From contig NW_003314271.1 of the NCBI RefSeq assembly GCF_000143415.4, positions 1,093,014 to 1,157,013 on the forward strand: a DNA stretch of 64,000 nt. The letters are read 5' to 3'. Of this stretch, positions 1 to 11,272 are shown one piece after another. The position numbers and the translations under genes were made by a program. The notes beneath the pieces are model-generated. The model was not told the origin of the DNA, ran no database searches, and saw only the letters and a list, made by a program, of their open reading frames with translations. This stretch comes from Selaginella moellendorffii (Eukaryota > Plantae > Lycopodiophyta). Numbering within the stretch: the stretch's first letter is position 1; every line of letters starts with the position of its first letter.

Positions 1-8
1 CGAAAGAG

Positions 9-1472
9 ATGTTCGACGCCATCGCTCCCAAGACCCTCGTCACGCTCACGACAATGATTCGCGCGTATGCCCGGACAGGGCATATCGATCAAGCCCGAGA
101 GATCTTTGATACGATCCATCACCCTGATGCCATAGCCTGGAACATCATGATACAGGGCTACTGCGACGCTGGCTCAATCGATAAAGCAAGAATTTTGTTC
201 CAGATAATGCCAGATCCAGATGCCTTTACTTGCAGCTTGATGCTATCGGGATTTGCCGCGATGGGGCTTGTGGATGATGCAAAAGCTCTCTTTGATCGAT
301 GGCGGCAGGAGGATCCAGTCTCGTGGAATTCAATGATCACGGCCTACGCTCACAATGGCCGTGTTCAAGAAGCCAAATTTCTCTTCGATCAGCGCCCGGA
401 TCATCACAAGCACGTCGCGAGCTCCTGGAACGCGATGATCGCCGCGTATGCCCGAAACGGGCATCTTGTCGAGGCAGGGGGCTTGCTGGAAGCGATGCCA
501 CCGGCGATCCAGAACGAGATCTCTTGGAACACCCTTCTCTGCGCATTCGTGAGCCGCGATATGTTGGTTCAGGCCAAGGATCTGTTCAAGAGAATCCCAA
601 TCAAGTCGGTGCTTGTCGCCAACACCATGCTCGGGGCGTATGCCCTCACCGGGCAGCACATCGAGGAGGCGATGAGCGTGTTCGCTACGATCGATGATCC
701 GGATCCCGTGTCGTGGGCGTCGATCGTGGGCGCCCACGCGCGAGCTGGGCAGGGAAGAGAAGCGATTCATCGATTCCAGCTGACGGATCTGGCCGGGGTG
801 AGGCCGATCGAGGCAGCCCTCACTGCTGTTCTTGACGCCTGCTCCTCGATCTCCTCCTCGGGGCTGCGATTTGGCCGCATCATCCACGGCGAGATTGAGG
901 ACGATCGAGGGCTGGCGCTGGGGAATTCGCTGCTCAACATGTTTGGGAAATGCGGTGCTAGCATCGAGGAGGCCGAGATGGTCTTTGCAAGAATGGCGAC
1001 GAGGAACACCGTGTCGTGGAACGTGATGCTCGCGGGCTATGCACAAAACGGGCATAGCTCGCAAGTTCTCGAGCTCTTCGCGGTGATGATCCTGGAAGGC
1101 GAGGCCCCGCCCAGCAAGATCACTCTCGTCTCGGTCCTCTCGGCTTGCAGCCACGCCGGGCTCCTCCACGACGGCCTCGCTTGCTTCGCATCGATCCGCG
1201 ACGACTTTGGCATCGATGCGCATGAGGATCACTACAAATGCGTCGTGGATCTTTTGGGCCGATCCGGCCAGCTCGAGGCGGCCGAGAGTTTCATCCAGAG
1301 CTTGCCGTTCAAGGCCGACAGTGGAGTGTGGACGGCGCTCTTGAGCGCTTGTAGCAGCCAAGGAAGCGTCCATGGAGGAGCTCGAGCGGCGCTAAGCATG
1401 GTGGATACTGAGCCAGGGGAATCGTCACTGCCATACGTGATGCTCTCCAACATCCATGCCACTACTAATTGA
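9..1472 (+). CDS. PLS-class PPR protein with E-like C-terminus (probably 5'-truncated by the window edge)
   Basis: Intronless 487-aa ORF of tandem ~31-35 aa repeats (WNxMIxAYA...G), ending HYKCVVDLLGRSG...VWTALLSAC...YVMLSNIH; no DYW domain. Confidence 0.92.
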   Translation: MFDAIAPKTLVTLTTMIRAYARTGHIDQAREIFDTIHHPDAIAWNIMIQGYCDAGSIDKARILFQIMPDPDAFTCSLMLSGFAAMGLVDDAKALFDRWRQEDPVSWNSMITAYAHNGRVQEAKFLFDQRPDHHKHVASSWNAMIAAYARNGHLVEAGGLLEAMPPAIQNEISWNTLLCAFVSRDMLVQAKDLFKRIPIKSVLVANTMLGAYALTGQHIEEAMSVFATIDDPDPVSWASIVGAHARAGQGREAIHRFQLTDLAGVRPIEAALTAVLDACSSISSSGLRFGRIIHGEIEDDRGLALGNSLLNMFGKCGASIEEAEMVFARMATRNTVSWNVMLAGYAQNGHSSQVLELFAVMILEGEAPPSKITLVSVLSACSHAGLLHDGLACFASIRDDFGIDAHEDHYKCVVDLLGRSGQLEAAESFIQSLPFKADSGVWTALLSACSSQGSVHGGARAALSMVDTEPGESSLPYVMLSNIHATTN

Positions 1473-1609
1473 TAATGTTGTTGATTATAATTGACCATCG
1501 CTGACTTGGAATTAGAAATTAGAAGCCTATAACCCACAGTATAGATACGCTGGTGTCCTGACATATAGCCAGATGCTTAAAATTTGTACATTTTAAAAAT
1601 GTTGCAAAT

Positions 1610-1681
1610 ATCAGAGTGGCGCAGCGGAAGCGCGGTGGGCCCATAACCCACAGGTCCGAGGATCGAAACCTCCCTCTGATA
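1610..1681 (+). tRNA. Initiator tRNA-Met (CAT), T-stem variant
   Basis: ATCAGAG/CTCTGAT acceptor stem with A1:U72; GTGGG/CCCAC anticodon stem with CAT anticodon; T-loop ATCGAAA (A54/A60), all initiator hallmarks. Confidence 0.93.
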
Positions 1682-1753
1682 ATCGACTCGCTTGGATCTT
1701 ATTGCAATGAATGTTGATACTACCAAAAATGTCTTTTCACTATAGCTAAAAGC

Positions 1754-3376
1754 TCACAGCAATTCTTCTTGCTTTGCTCCTTGCAGTCTGTATTCACAAG
1801 TGTGCAGCTGAGGGTTCTTCTGTCTACATGTTAAAACAGTCCAATTCTCGGCGATCCGTAATGTTTCTGGCTCCTGATGAGTTCTTGAGTTCGTTCCATG
1901 ATCTGCAAGAAAAATGTTCTTGTGAGTTCCTGAGACGATGAAAGAGAAAACCAAGATTAATGCAGTTAACTTGCCTTCAGAGCGATTATTGACGGAGTAA
2001 GTTCACATATGTCCTTGGCATTCATCTCATTCGCAATCACTGCATGCAAAGGATGTGAGCGATAAGAAAACCATCTTTGATAGAAAACTTACTCTTTAGG
2101 CACACGGAAACGTCAGCGTTCTTGTAAGCCATGCCTCTCTCCTCGTAAAGCTTTGTTAATCGAGCTAATGTCTGCAAATAACAGTGACCAGAAAATTAAA
2201 ATATAAGACAAAAGATAAGAATGCTTTCAAGCTATACCTGTTCATGAGCAAACTCTCGCTGCGGCTCTCCCAGAAGTGGTCTCTTCTCCGTCCCAGCAGC
2301 CACAACACGCTTGGCTAATGCGTCCAATGGAACGTCCAGATAGACAGTGATCCCATGTCTCATATAACCCCTGACAACGACACCACAAGGCGTTCTTATC
2401 CTCCTCTCGATTATATAGAGAGAAAACGACTATCTTATCTTACCAGTTTTGTGGTCTCACCACAGCACCTCCTCCTGTCGCTACTACCAATCGATACATC
2501 CCAGATAATTGGCTTAAAACCTCACTCTACATTATCCACAAAACAATGGAAAAAACATCAGGCACTGAAGATAGACACGTTTCAAGGCCGCAAGACAGTG
2601 GGGATCACTCACCTCAGCATCGCGAAAGCCTTCCTCGTTGCTTTGCTTGAAGATCTGAGCTACACTGGCGCCGCCGGCGGCCTGCTCAACAAGCTTGTCA
2701 CTGTTTCTCCACGAAGAAAGTCCATCAAGTGGTGCGACGAAGCAAATCGAAAGAAAAAAACGAGATACACCAACCTGTCAAAGAAGTAGTACCCGAGCGC
2801 GTCCGACAAGTGCTTTCCCACAGTACTCTTTCCACTGCCCATCATCCCTGTGGACGAGAAAACGAAGTTGTGTTAAAGAAAAAGAGAAAGAGAAAGGAGA
2901 ACGAGAGAGAAAAGCGAAGTGGTACCAATTAGAAACAGGCACGTCCCTTTGAGGTCCCTGGCCAATTCCTTGCCTTTGCTCTGAGAATGTATGGTCGTCC
3001 ACTTAGCATTAAGAGGAAAAGAAGAACATAAAAGGAACCTATGGATCGCACCTTTAGAGCTGTATCGACGCTGGTGGATTCTGTGGCTGCGAGAGAGAAA
3101 TCGATCAGACGAAAAAAACGTGTTCTCGAAATTCGAGAGAAATTCTCGGCACATACCAGCTACATTCGCGTTCTGCGAGCACAGCAGCACCACCGAGCGC
3201 CTGGCGCGATGATGAATCTGCGACGGATTCCTGCAAGAGACGAGATTGATGCGCGATTGCCTCCCAAAATGCAGCTCCTCACGAGAGAATCCCAGCCTCC
3301 GGAATCCATCGCCGCCGCGGAGCTCCACGAAATTCGAGGACGATGTCCCTGCCGAAGGCGCCAAGACGCAATCCAT
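1754..3376 (-). CDS. SK: Shikimate kinase, plastid-targeted (multi-exon)
   Basis: Spliced exons give [60 protein letters not shown]; N-terminal transit-peptide-like MDCVLAPSAGTSSS. Confidence 0.9.
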
Positions 3377-3631
3377 GGCGCACGATCGATCGAATGCCCA
3401 CAATTTCTTGAGCTAGGGTTGGGCTTTTATCTGCTGCACAACCACAGCCGTTCGATGTGACCAGCCCAACGGCGGCGATTCAACGCGATCATACGAGTCA
3501 ACAAGCTTACATTTTTGAATGGTAGGCCGCCGGCGCTTCTGGACTTGACAGCCGTTGGATTTGGATCTTGGGAAGGGCAAGGCGGGGTATATTCCGTCCA
3601 CGTCTTAGGGCTAACGAGGCAAAAGAAAAAA

Positions 3632-6093
3632 ATGAGCTGGTGCGCTCGAGCTAGGGCGCCGGGCGGGCGCGCTCTCCTTTTGTCCTCGAGATTTCGCCGC
3701 TTCTACGCGTAAGTCCCTCCACATCCTTCTCGGGCTCGAATTTCTCGTGTTTTTGCGCTAGAATGCTTGAATTTTCGAGATTTTTTGCCTATGGAGCAAT
3801 GCTCTCGAGGCTGGCTGGAGCTTGAAATGCCTCATTTTTGCTACTGATTTATTCCTTTCTCGTTCCTTTCAGCTCTGCGACAGCGCAGCCATCTGAAACA
3901 ATCGATGATTTATCGCCGCAGCCTTCAGCTAGACCACCATGTAAGCTGGAAATTTTCTACTCTTCTTGCGTTTGAATTTTGTAAATATTTTTTTCTTGTT
4001 TCTTTTTTGTTCGTGCAGCAGACGATCTCTTGTCGGCTGAGGCACTCACTCCCGCGAAAGTCGTAGCTTTGTTGGATCGTCACATCGTCGGCCAAACCGG
4101 AGCCAAGCGTGCGGTTGCAGTGGCATTGCGTACGCGCTCGTCAGCCTTTGCTGCTGCCTGTTATCTGACTCCATAGGTGGTGCACTAGAATTTTCTCTTT
4201 CTTTTTTTTTTTCACTTCTTCTTTCATGCCTTCTTTTAGAAACTTGGTTGCTTTTTGCGTGTAAGTTTCTAGATTCTGTTGTACTGAAGTTCTTGAGCCG
4301 TCTGCACGCAGGAAATCGATGGCGGCGACACCGCATTCCTTCTCAATATCGAGAGGAGATTCTTCCCAAAAATATACTTATGATCGGACCAACTGGTTGC
4401 GGAAAAACGGAAATTGCGAGACGGTTGGCTAAAATGGCGGATGCTCCGTTTATAAAAGTGAGGAAGTGTTTTTATTCTTCGTTTGTTTTTAACTCATATT
4501 TTCTAACAGGTGGAAGCTACGAAATTTACAGAAGTTGGATTTCATGGCCGAGATGTGGACCAGATCATTCGCGACCTTGTTGAGAATGCTATATTACTGC
4601 AACGAGAAAAGGTGTTTTAAAACTCAACAAAGCGAGTTTTTTCAACTCTCTTCTTTCAGGTGCGAACAAGAATTTCAAAAGAGGTGGAGGAAGCTGTTGA
4701 GAACAGGATCCTGGACGCGTTGATCGGTTTGACCCTCGCTATTGAGGTTTTTGTTTTTGCGGCTTTTTGGTCTGTCTGTGGCTGAACATGTTTTAGCAGG
4801 AGGACAATGTGGATACGAGTTCACTGGAGACACTACGCAAGGCTTATAAGAAAGGGGAAATTGATAACCGCAAGCTAGTGCTGGACGTTCCCGAGGGAGG
4901 AAGAGTGCGCGTCCCTATTGAAGTCACAGGAGGTGGTCTTCCTATAAACGATCTTATTTTCAAGGTACTACGCCTCTGCATGAAGGAAGTGGTATTGACG
5001 TCTCGATTTCCTCTAGATAGAGAAAGCTTTGAAATCCCCGAAAGTTGAACGCCGTGAAGTAACTGTCGCCGAGGCCAGACAAATGCTCTCGGAAATGGAA
5101 GTCGAAAAACACCTTCAGTCCGATCAGATCATCAAAGATGCAATACGTGTACACGCTAGTGTTTTTGATCTCGTTTCCCTGGATGTTAATGGCTTCCACT
5201 TGCAGGCAACGGAGTCTGACGGCATTGTATTTATAGACGAGATCGACAAAATCGTTACAACTAGCGAAGCCAGATTTGGAGCGGATGCAAGTGCGGAAGG
5301 TGTACAGCGGGACTTGCTTCCTATTATCGAAGGCAGGTAAATTATCACCACGTTGGTTTTCCTTCCGTGCTAAGCTGGTCCTCCTTTCAGCGTTGTAAAC
5401 ACGAGACACGGGAATGTGAACACCGATCACATTCTTTTCATTTGCAGTGGCGCCTTTCACTCTTGTAAGCCAAGTGACATGCTTGCTGAGCTACAAGGAC
5501 GTCTGCCTATCCGTGTTGAACTGAAAGGTCTCACTCGCACGGTAAGTCGCGCTGGAAGTGTTGCAGCATCCCTACCATGCTAACAGCCATTCTTTCCAGG
5601 ATTTGTACCGTATTCTAACCGAGCCTGAAATAAATATGATCAAGCAGCAACAGCTTCTCATGGCTACCGAAAGTGTGGAGCTTGTTTTCTCCGACGACGC
5701 CATAAAGGAACTAGCCAATGTTGCGGCTGAGGCAAGTGTTCTTGTGGGGATTTCTTAGCTTACTCATTACTGAAAAATAAAACACGTTACAGGTGAATAC
5801 TTCTTTGGACAACATTGGTGCTCGGAGACTTCACACGGTAACGCATTTTCTTCCTCAATAGCGAAATGTTCCCACTGGTTTTGTTTGATCCAGGTAATTG
5901 AGAAGGTAGTAGAAGATATCAGTTTCAATGCTCCAGAAAGAGCTGGGCAAGCTTATCACATTGACAAGCAAGTAAGTTTCATCGATCGCTTGACGAATTC
6001 ATGGTTTCTATTTCTTTCTTTCTTTCGCAGAAAGTAAGAGATGCTGTGGGAGAGCTCTTGAAGAAAACCGACTTATCAAAGTTTGTTCTCTAA
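3632..6093 (+). CDS. hslU: HslU/ClpY AAA+ ATPase subunit of the HslUV protease, probably mitochondrial (multi-exon)
   Basis: [95 protein letters not shown] and the C-terminal DLSKFVL HslV-activation tail; Arg-rich N-terminus. Confidence 0.93.
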
Positions 6094-6428
6094 AGAGATT
6101 AAACTCGCCCAGGTAACTGGCCACAGCCTCAACAGGGCCCGGGCACAAGAAGCTCAAGGATCGCGCCATCCCTCACTTATGTTTTGGTTGAAACCCATCT
6201 TCAGCGGAAAGCCACTTGGCATCTCAGCATCCCAAAGGGGACATGACGAATCACCTTGGTGGCGGCGGTATTGAAACCATGCTGAGGCGCAAAAATGTAG
6301 AATCCCGGTTGATCAACGCAAAAACCTTTACACAAAACAAAAAGAAGAGAAAAGAAAAGAAAAGGAGGAGTTGATCCTGAAACCATCGTCTGGAAGACTT
6401 TCTTCGATTTGGATTTGGATTTGGATAT

Positions 6429-6745
6429 TTGCACGGAGATCTCACTGAAGAAAGTTTTGTCCAGCAACCAGAGGGTTACCAGAAGCAGCCTGGAATGGTT
6501 TGTCCCCTGAAGGCTCAAACAATCTCCTAAGGCTTGGTTCAACAAAATGGACAAATTTCTCACCTCTATTGGATTTTCCAGAAACGCTGCTGATCAAAAT
6601 GTATACCAGTATTGAAAAGATGATGGTCCTTATTTCTTTGTATATTGATGATTTGATCCTGGTCACAAATTGTCTTGCTTTCCTACAAATGATCAAAGAG
6701 TAGATTGATCTCGGCGATATTAAGTTCTGTCTTGGTCTTAATATC
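6429..6745 (+). mobile_element. Degenerate Ty1/copia reverse-transcriptase fragment
   Basis: Frameshifted LHGDLTEESFVQQPEGY, LKQSPKAWFNKMDKF, LYIDDLIL, DLGDIKFCLGLNI. Confidence 0.75.
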
Positions 6746-6833
6746 GGGACAATTCATTGCTCACTCACAGTGCTGTTAGGGATGAATTGTCCCAATATTA
6801 AGACCAAGACAAAACTTAATATTGCCGAGATCA
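6706..6833. repeat. Inverted repeat / hairpin with 52-bp arms and a 24-nt loop
   Basis: 6706-6757 matches the reverse complement of 6782-6833 with 3 transitions. Confidence 0.9.
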
Positions 6834-7057
6834 TCTGCTCAGTGCTATGTGGAAGAAAGAGCAATAGCTGAAAGAGCAATAGTGCTAATAGTCACAAAGT
6901 AGCATTGTTGGCTGTTGGCTGGAGTCCACAATCTAAGCCAGACAATAGACTGATGAGCCATGCCAATGAGTAGGCCTTGACCTAACTAACTTTCTTCTGA
7001 CAATTCTCTAGACAGGTAAATACGCCTTTGGATAGCATTGATTTGCTTGATCTAGGT

Positions 7058-7183
7058 GAGAAGGTGGTGGAAAATATTAGTTTCAATGCTCCAGCGAGAG
7101 ATTATCACATTGACAAGTAAGTAAAGAAAAAAAATATGATCGTTGTGAAGGAAACCGGCTTATCGAAGTTAAAAATTAAACTT
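7058..7183 (+). pseudogene. Degenerate duplicate of the last two HslU exons
   Basis: GAGAAGGTGGTGGAAAATATTAGTTTCAATGCTCCAG...TTATCACATTGACAAG...GAAACCGGCTTATCGAAGTT aligns with hslU 5900-6105. Confidence 0.75.
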
Positions 7184-7357
7184 GTGGCTTCCACTGCGCC
7201 ACGTCGGAAAACGCCATCCTTTTGCAATTGGTCCATGTCAGCAAGATACTCGAGCAGTGATTGGTACATGTCAGCAGCCCTAAATACCGATCGGGATTTC
7301 ATCACTCTTGTTCCTCGAGAAACAAGAGCTACATTTTCTCGACGAGGCGCGGGCGCG

Positions 7358-8823
7358 ATGGCGGCAGCAATGTCGGCGGCGAGCGTCGGTAATGTAAAGG
7401 TGGGAGGATTTCTTGGCAGCTCCAGGGGATTCCAGGCGAATCGGGGCCGAAATATCGTGTTTTCCAGGAAGATCATGGCCAGCGCCACGAAAGAGGCCCC
7501 AAGAAAGGGCGCTAAGGAGGCGATGAAGGATACACTGCTGACGCCGCGCTTCTACACCACGGATTTCGACGAGATGGAGCAGCTCTTCAACACCGAGATC
7601 AACAAGAAGCTCAACATGGCGGAGTTCGAGGCGCTGGTGGCGGAATTCAAGGCCGACTATAACCAGACGCACTTCGTGAGGAATCCCGAGTTTAAGGCCG
7701 CCGCGGACAAGATCACGGGGCCAATGAGGAAGATCTTCGTGGAGTTCTTGGAAAGGTCGTGCACGGCTGAGTTCTCAGGGTTTTTGCTCTACAAGGAGCT
7801 GGGAAGAAGGCTCAAGGTACGTTTTTTTTCTTCTCTTCTCACCTCTTTCTTACACTTCTTTTCTTTCTTCTCTTCTCTTTCTTGCAGAAAACAAATCCCG
7901 TGGTTGCGGAGATTTTTACGTTGATGTCACGGGATGAAGCACGGCATGCAGGGTAAGTTCTCAGTTTCTCAGTTGGAAAAAAAGCATCGATCATTTCCTA
8001 TATGTTCATAGGTTCCTGAACAAAGGATTATCCGACTTTAACTTGGCTCTGGATCTTGGATTTCTGACCAAAGCCCGGAAGTACACCTTCTTCAAGCCAC
8101 AGTTCATCTTCTACGCGACGTATCTCTCGGAGAAGATCGGCTACTGGAGGTACATTACTATCTACAGGCACTTGAAGGCCAATCCGGACTACCAGCTTTA
8201 CCCGATTTTCAAATACTTTGAGAACTGGTGCCAAGACGAGAACAGGCACGGCGACTTCTTCTCGGCGTTGCTGAAAGCCCAGCCTCAGTTCTTGAACGAC
8301 TGGAAGGCCAAACTCTGGGCTCGCTTCTTCTGTCTCTCGGTAAAGCAAACCTTTGGCTCTTCTTGGAATTTTTAGATGCTCATGCTTCCGCTCTTGCTCT
8401 TCCAGGTGTACGTGACAATGTACCTAAATGACTGCCAAAGAACTGCCTTTTACGAAGGAATAGGCCTCGACACTAAAGATTTCGACATGCATGTCATCAT
8501 CGAGGTATTTTAAAGTGAGATGAGAATAGGAACTCACGATCGTTTGTTTTCTCTGACAGACAAACAAGACAACAGCACGAATCTTTCCGGCCGTGTTGGA
8601 TGTGGAGAACCCCGCGTTCAAGGAGAAGCTGGATGAGCTAGTGGTGCTCAACCAGAAACTTATAGCTCTCGGTGACTCTACCACTCCAGCTCCTCTGAAG
8701 ACGCTGCAGAGGCTACCTTTGATTGCCGGAATGGTGTCTGGAATACTGAGCTTGTACCTGATGACTCCAGTCGAGTCTGGGTCGCTTGATTGTGTCGATT
8801 TTGAGCCGCAAGTTGTCTATTAA
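7358..8823 (+). CDS. CHL27: Mg-protoporphyrin IX monomethyl ester oxidative cyclase (multi-exon)
   Basis: [57 protein letters not shown] di-iron motifs; transit peptide. Confidence 0.96.
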
Positions 8824-9201
8824 CAAGGTTATTTTTCTTCTTACTGTGGAATTAGATAACTGTAATTTTTATATAGTATAAACTTAAATATTTTTTACAT
8901 TAATCAGCACGAAAGGAAAGTTAAGTTTCCATGCTCAGTGTTCTTGTCAAGGCATTGTGCTCGCTTTCGTCCCAAAACTAGCGGGAAGTTTTTGGGAGCT
9001 TGGGAGCGACGTGTTGAACGACTCCTCTTGCGATTTCCTCTGCGGTAGCCAGGAGCTCCAGAAGAGCTGTGCCAACGTAACCAAGTTTGTGCTACTCTGC
9101 CGAAATTCCTGTCAAAATGATCACTAGCTTTCTGGAAAAGGAAAAAGTTAATGAGACAAAAAAATGGAGCTTTTTTTGACTTGCACTCCATCTTTTAAGT
9201 A

Positions 9202-9627
9202 GATGAAGGCTACGTCAAGTCAAGGATCGAAAGCAAGTAGGTCCAAAAACATTCATGTTACGATCCCGATGCAGCGGCTTAGAATCCTTCTCGCAAATAC
9301 CTTCAAGAATTCTCAAGGTGAGCTAGGCAGAGATAAAGCCATGCGACTTTGAAGAGTATGAGACACTATTGCAAGGCGTCGGATTTGACTTTGAAAACGA
9401 GTCGGGAGGTTCTATCTAGAGAAAGGAAAAAATGCAGACTCTCGAGAAGTACCTTGGCAACGGTTTTCTCGCAGGAAGTAGCATCCATGACCAAGAATGA
9501 TATGAAATCTCTCGGCCTTACTAAACAGCAGCAAGTAAGTACACAAGCATTAACAAAGCTTTACTTGGCCTACCGAATTCGTGATGTCGTTGCAGAAGGC
9601 CTTGGAGCTGAAAGCTTTCTTAGATGA
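9202..9627 (+). CDS. Possible small spliced SAM-domain-like protein or remnant
   Basis: Putative exons give VASMTKNDMKSLGLTKQQQ|KALELKAFLR, resembling the SAM motif MTxxDLKxLG; gene model uncertain. Confidence 0.25.
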
Positions 9628-10551
9628 TCGCGGGCTTTTCGAGTTCTCCATGTGTGAGCAATTGAAGTGCTTAGAGCTTGTTAGATATTTAAGATCATGC
9701 TTCCTAGTTCTGCAAAGTCGTCCTCTAGTTCATTGCTGCTTTTAAAAACATGCTGCGAGTAGCTTGCGCGTGAGAGCTATGATCAAGTCAGGCTCCATCT
9801 CGGACTACCCCGCTTTGGCCATTTGGTTGCTCAACTCGTGCCTTTTCTTCACCCTGTAGTGTGTTATTTTTGGGGTTTAGATATTGCCTTGCACATTCAA
9901 ATGCTCGGCTCTGCTCTTCCACGCCACGCACTAGAGAAAACTGTTGCAATCTGAAGACTCCAGCACCGCCACAGCTCAGGGACATCTTGGATCCTGGCAC
10001 TCGGGATCAGACAAGAATTTAGTGTAGATGAATGGTGGTAAAAGCGAAAATCCTTTGAAACTTACACTATCTTCGAAGTTTTTTTTCCCCGGATGACAAA
10101 TTAGACAGCCTTTTCTCAACAACAAAATTTTAGACACTAGCAAGGTCCATCCCAGATTGAAACTCTGCAAAGCCCAAATACTTACTGCCAAGAGTTTCAA
10201 CATAATATCATATTATCAGTAGTGTTCCTTCCACTGCAAGTGTCCAAAGAATGGCAGCAACAGTGGGCAGTGCACTGCAGAAAAATGTTTTGGGGTGAGA
10301 AAAGAAAACAGAAAAGAAAAAGAAAATACGGTGTGACAAGTTTGATGGTTGCTGAAGAGCTAACAATGTGACTGATTCCGGTGATGAGGAGTGATAGAAC
10401 CTGTAAGCGGAAAAGTATAGTTTTTCGTTCTCAGATTTTCTTTACGAGCCTGCTCCAAATCACGAATTTTTTCTTAGCGGTCAGCACCAGCATCTTTTGG
10501 TGCATTGGTTCGCCACAAACGGAGAAGAGAAAAATGTCAAATTCACATACC

Positions 10552-10676
10552 TTGTAGCATGCACCACAGCCTCTGCCTTTTGAATAGGATGGGCAAGGCA
10601 AGGTGGGAAGTTCACCATAGCCACAAGCTACGCCTGAAAATGCGCCTGAAAATGCGCCTGAAAATGCGGGAGACAA
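10552..10676 (-). pseudogene. Expansin/expansin-like N-terminal fragment
   Basis: SGVACGYGEL...GRGCGACYK matches expansin GACGYG and GxGCGACY motifs; preceded by a 12-bp unit (CGCCTGAAAATG) x3; no complete gene seen. Confidence 0.5.
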
Positions 10677-11272
10677 GAAAAGCGAAGGATTTGCTTACAT
10701 ACCGTAAGTTCCAATATCGCTGTGGCAAGGTCACTTTCCAAGTCTGCAGTTGCCAAAACCATTGGTCTCGTTCGAGCAGCTTCCGGATCGCCCTGGAAAC
10801 TGGCACGTGTTATAATACAGGCCGTTGATTAAAGGTCTCTAAAGAATTATAAACAAAAAGAAAAATATCTACTCCCTAAAGGTTCGGTTCTTGGATTGAT
10901 GAGGTACACCAAGAAGAATGTGAGCTGCCCAGCAGCTTAGCCGATTAAGGGTTGCCCCAATGAGGTGATCACTATGTAGATGCGCATGTTGTACCACTTG
11001 CATCATATTGACAGTAAAGTATGAACAGCAAGATCTAATGAAATTGGAGGATTCTTGGAGATTTCTTCCCTCCGCATGTTTCATGCATTACCCTTGTACA
11101 GTTAGTCTTAGGCGCATAAAAAACCCACACCTTCGAAGCTTTTGCCTTGTCTTGCCTTGCTTAGCTCTTTGTGCAAGTATCTAGTTCTAGTGCTCTTCAA
11201 ACTTCTACTAGTCCACATTCTACCATGCAGCAGCTCCAGCTTGATGGCTTTCATCATCTGTTACAGAAGCAT

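Noticed and set aside
330-1373. Long antisense ORFs over PPR, RPA1 and other genes (e.g. 330-1373, 13997-14929, 24474-25298)
   Set aside because: Shadows of GC-rich coding sequence on the opposite strand with no recognisable motifs.
3632-6093. hslU as bacterial contamination
   Set aside because: It has many spliceosomal introns and a targeting-like N-terminus, and is embedded among plant genes.
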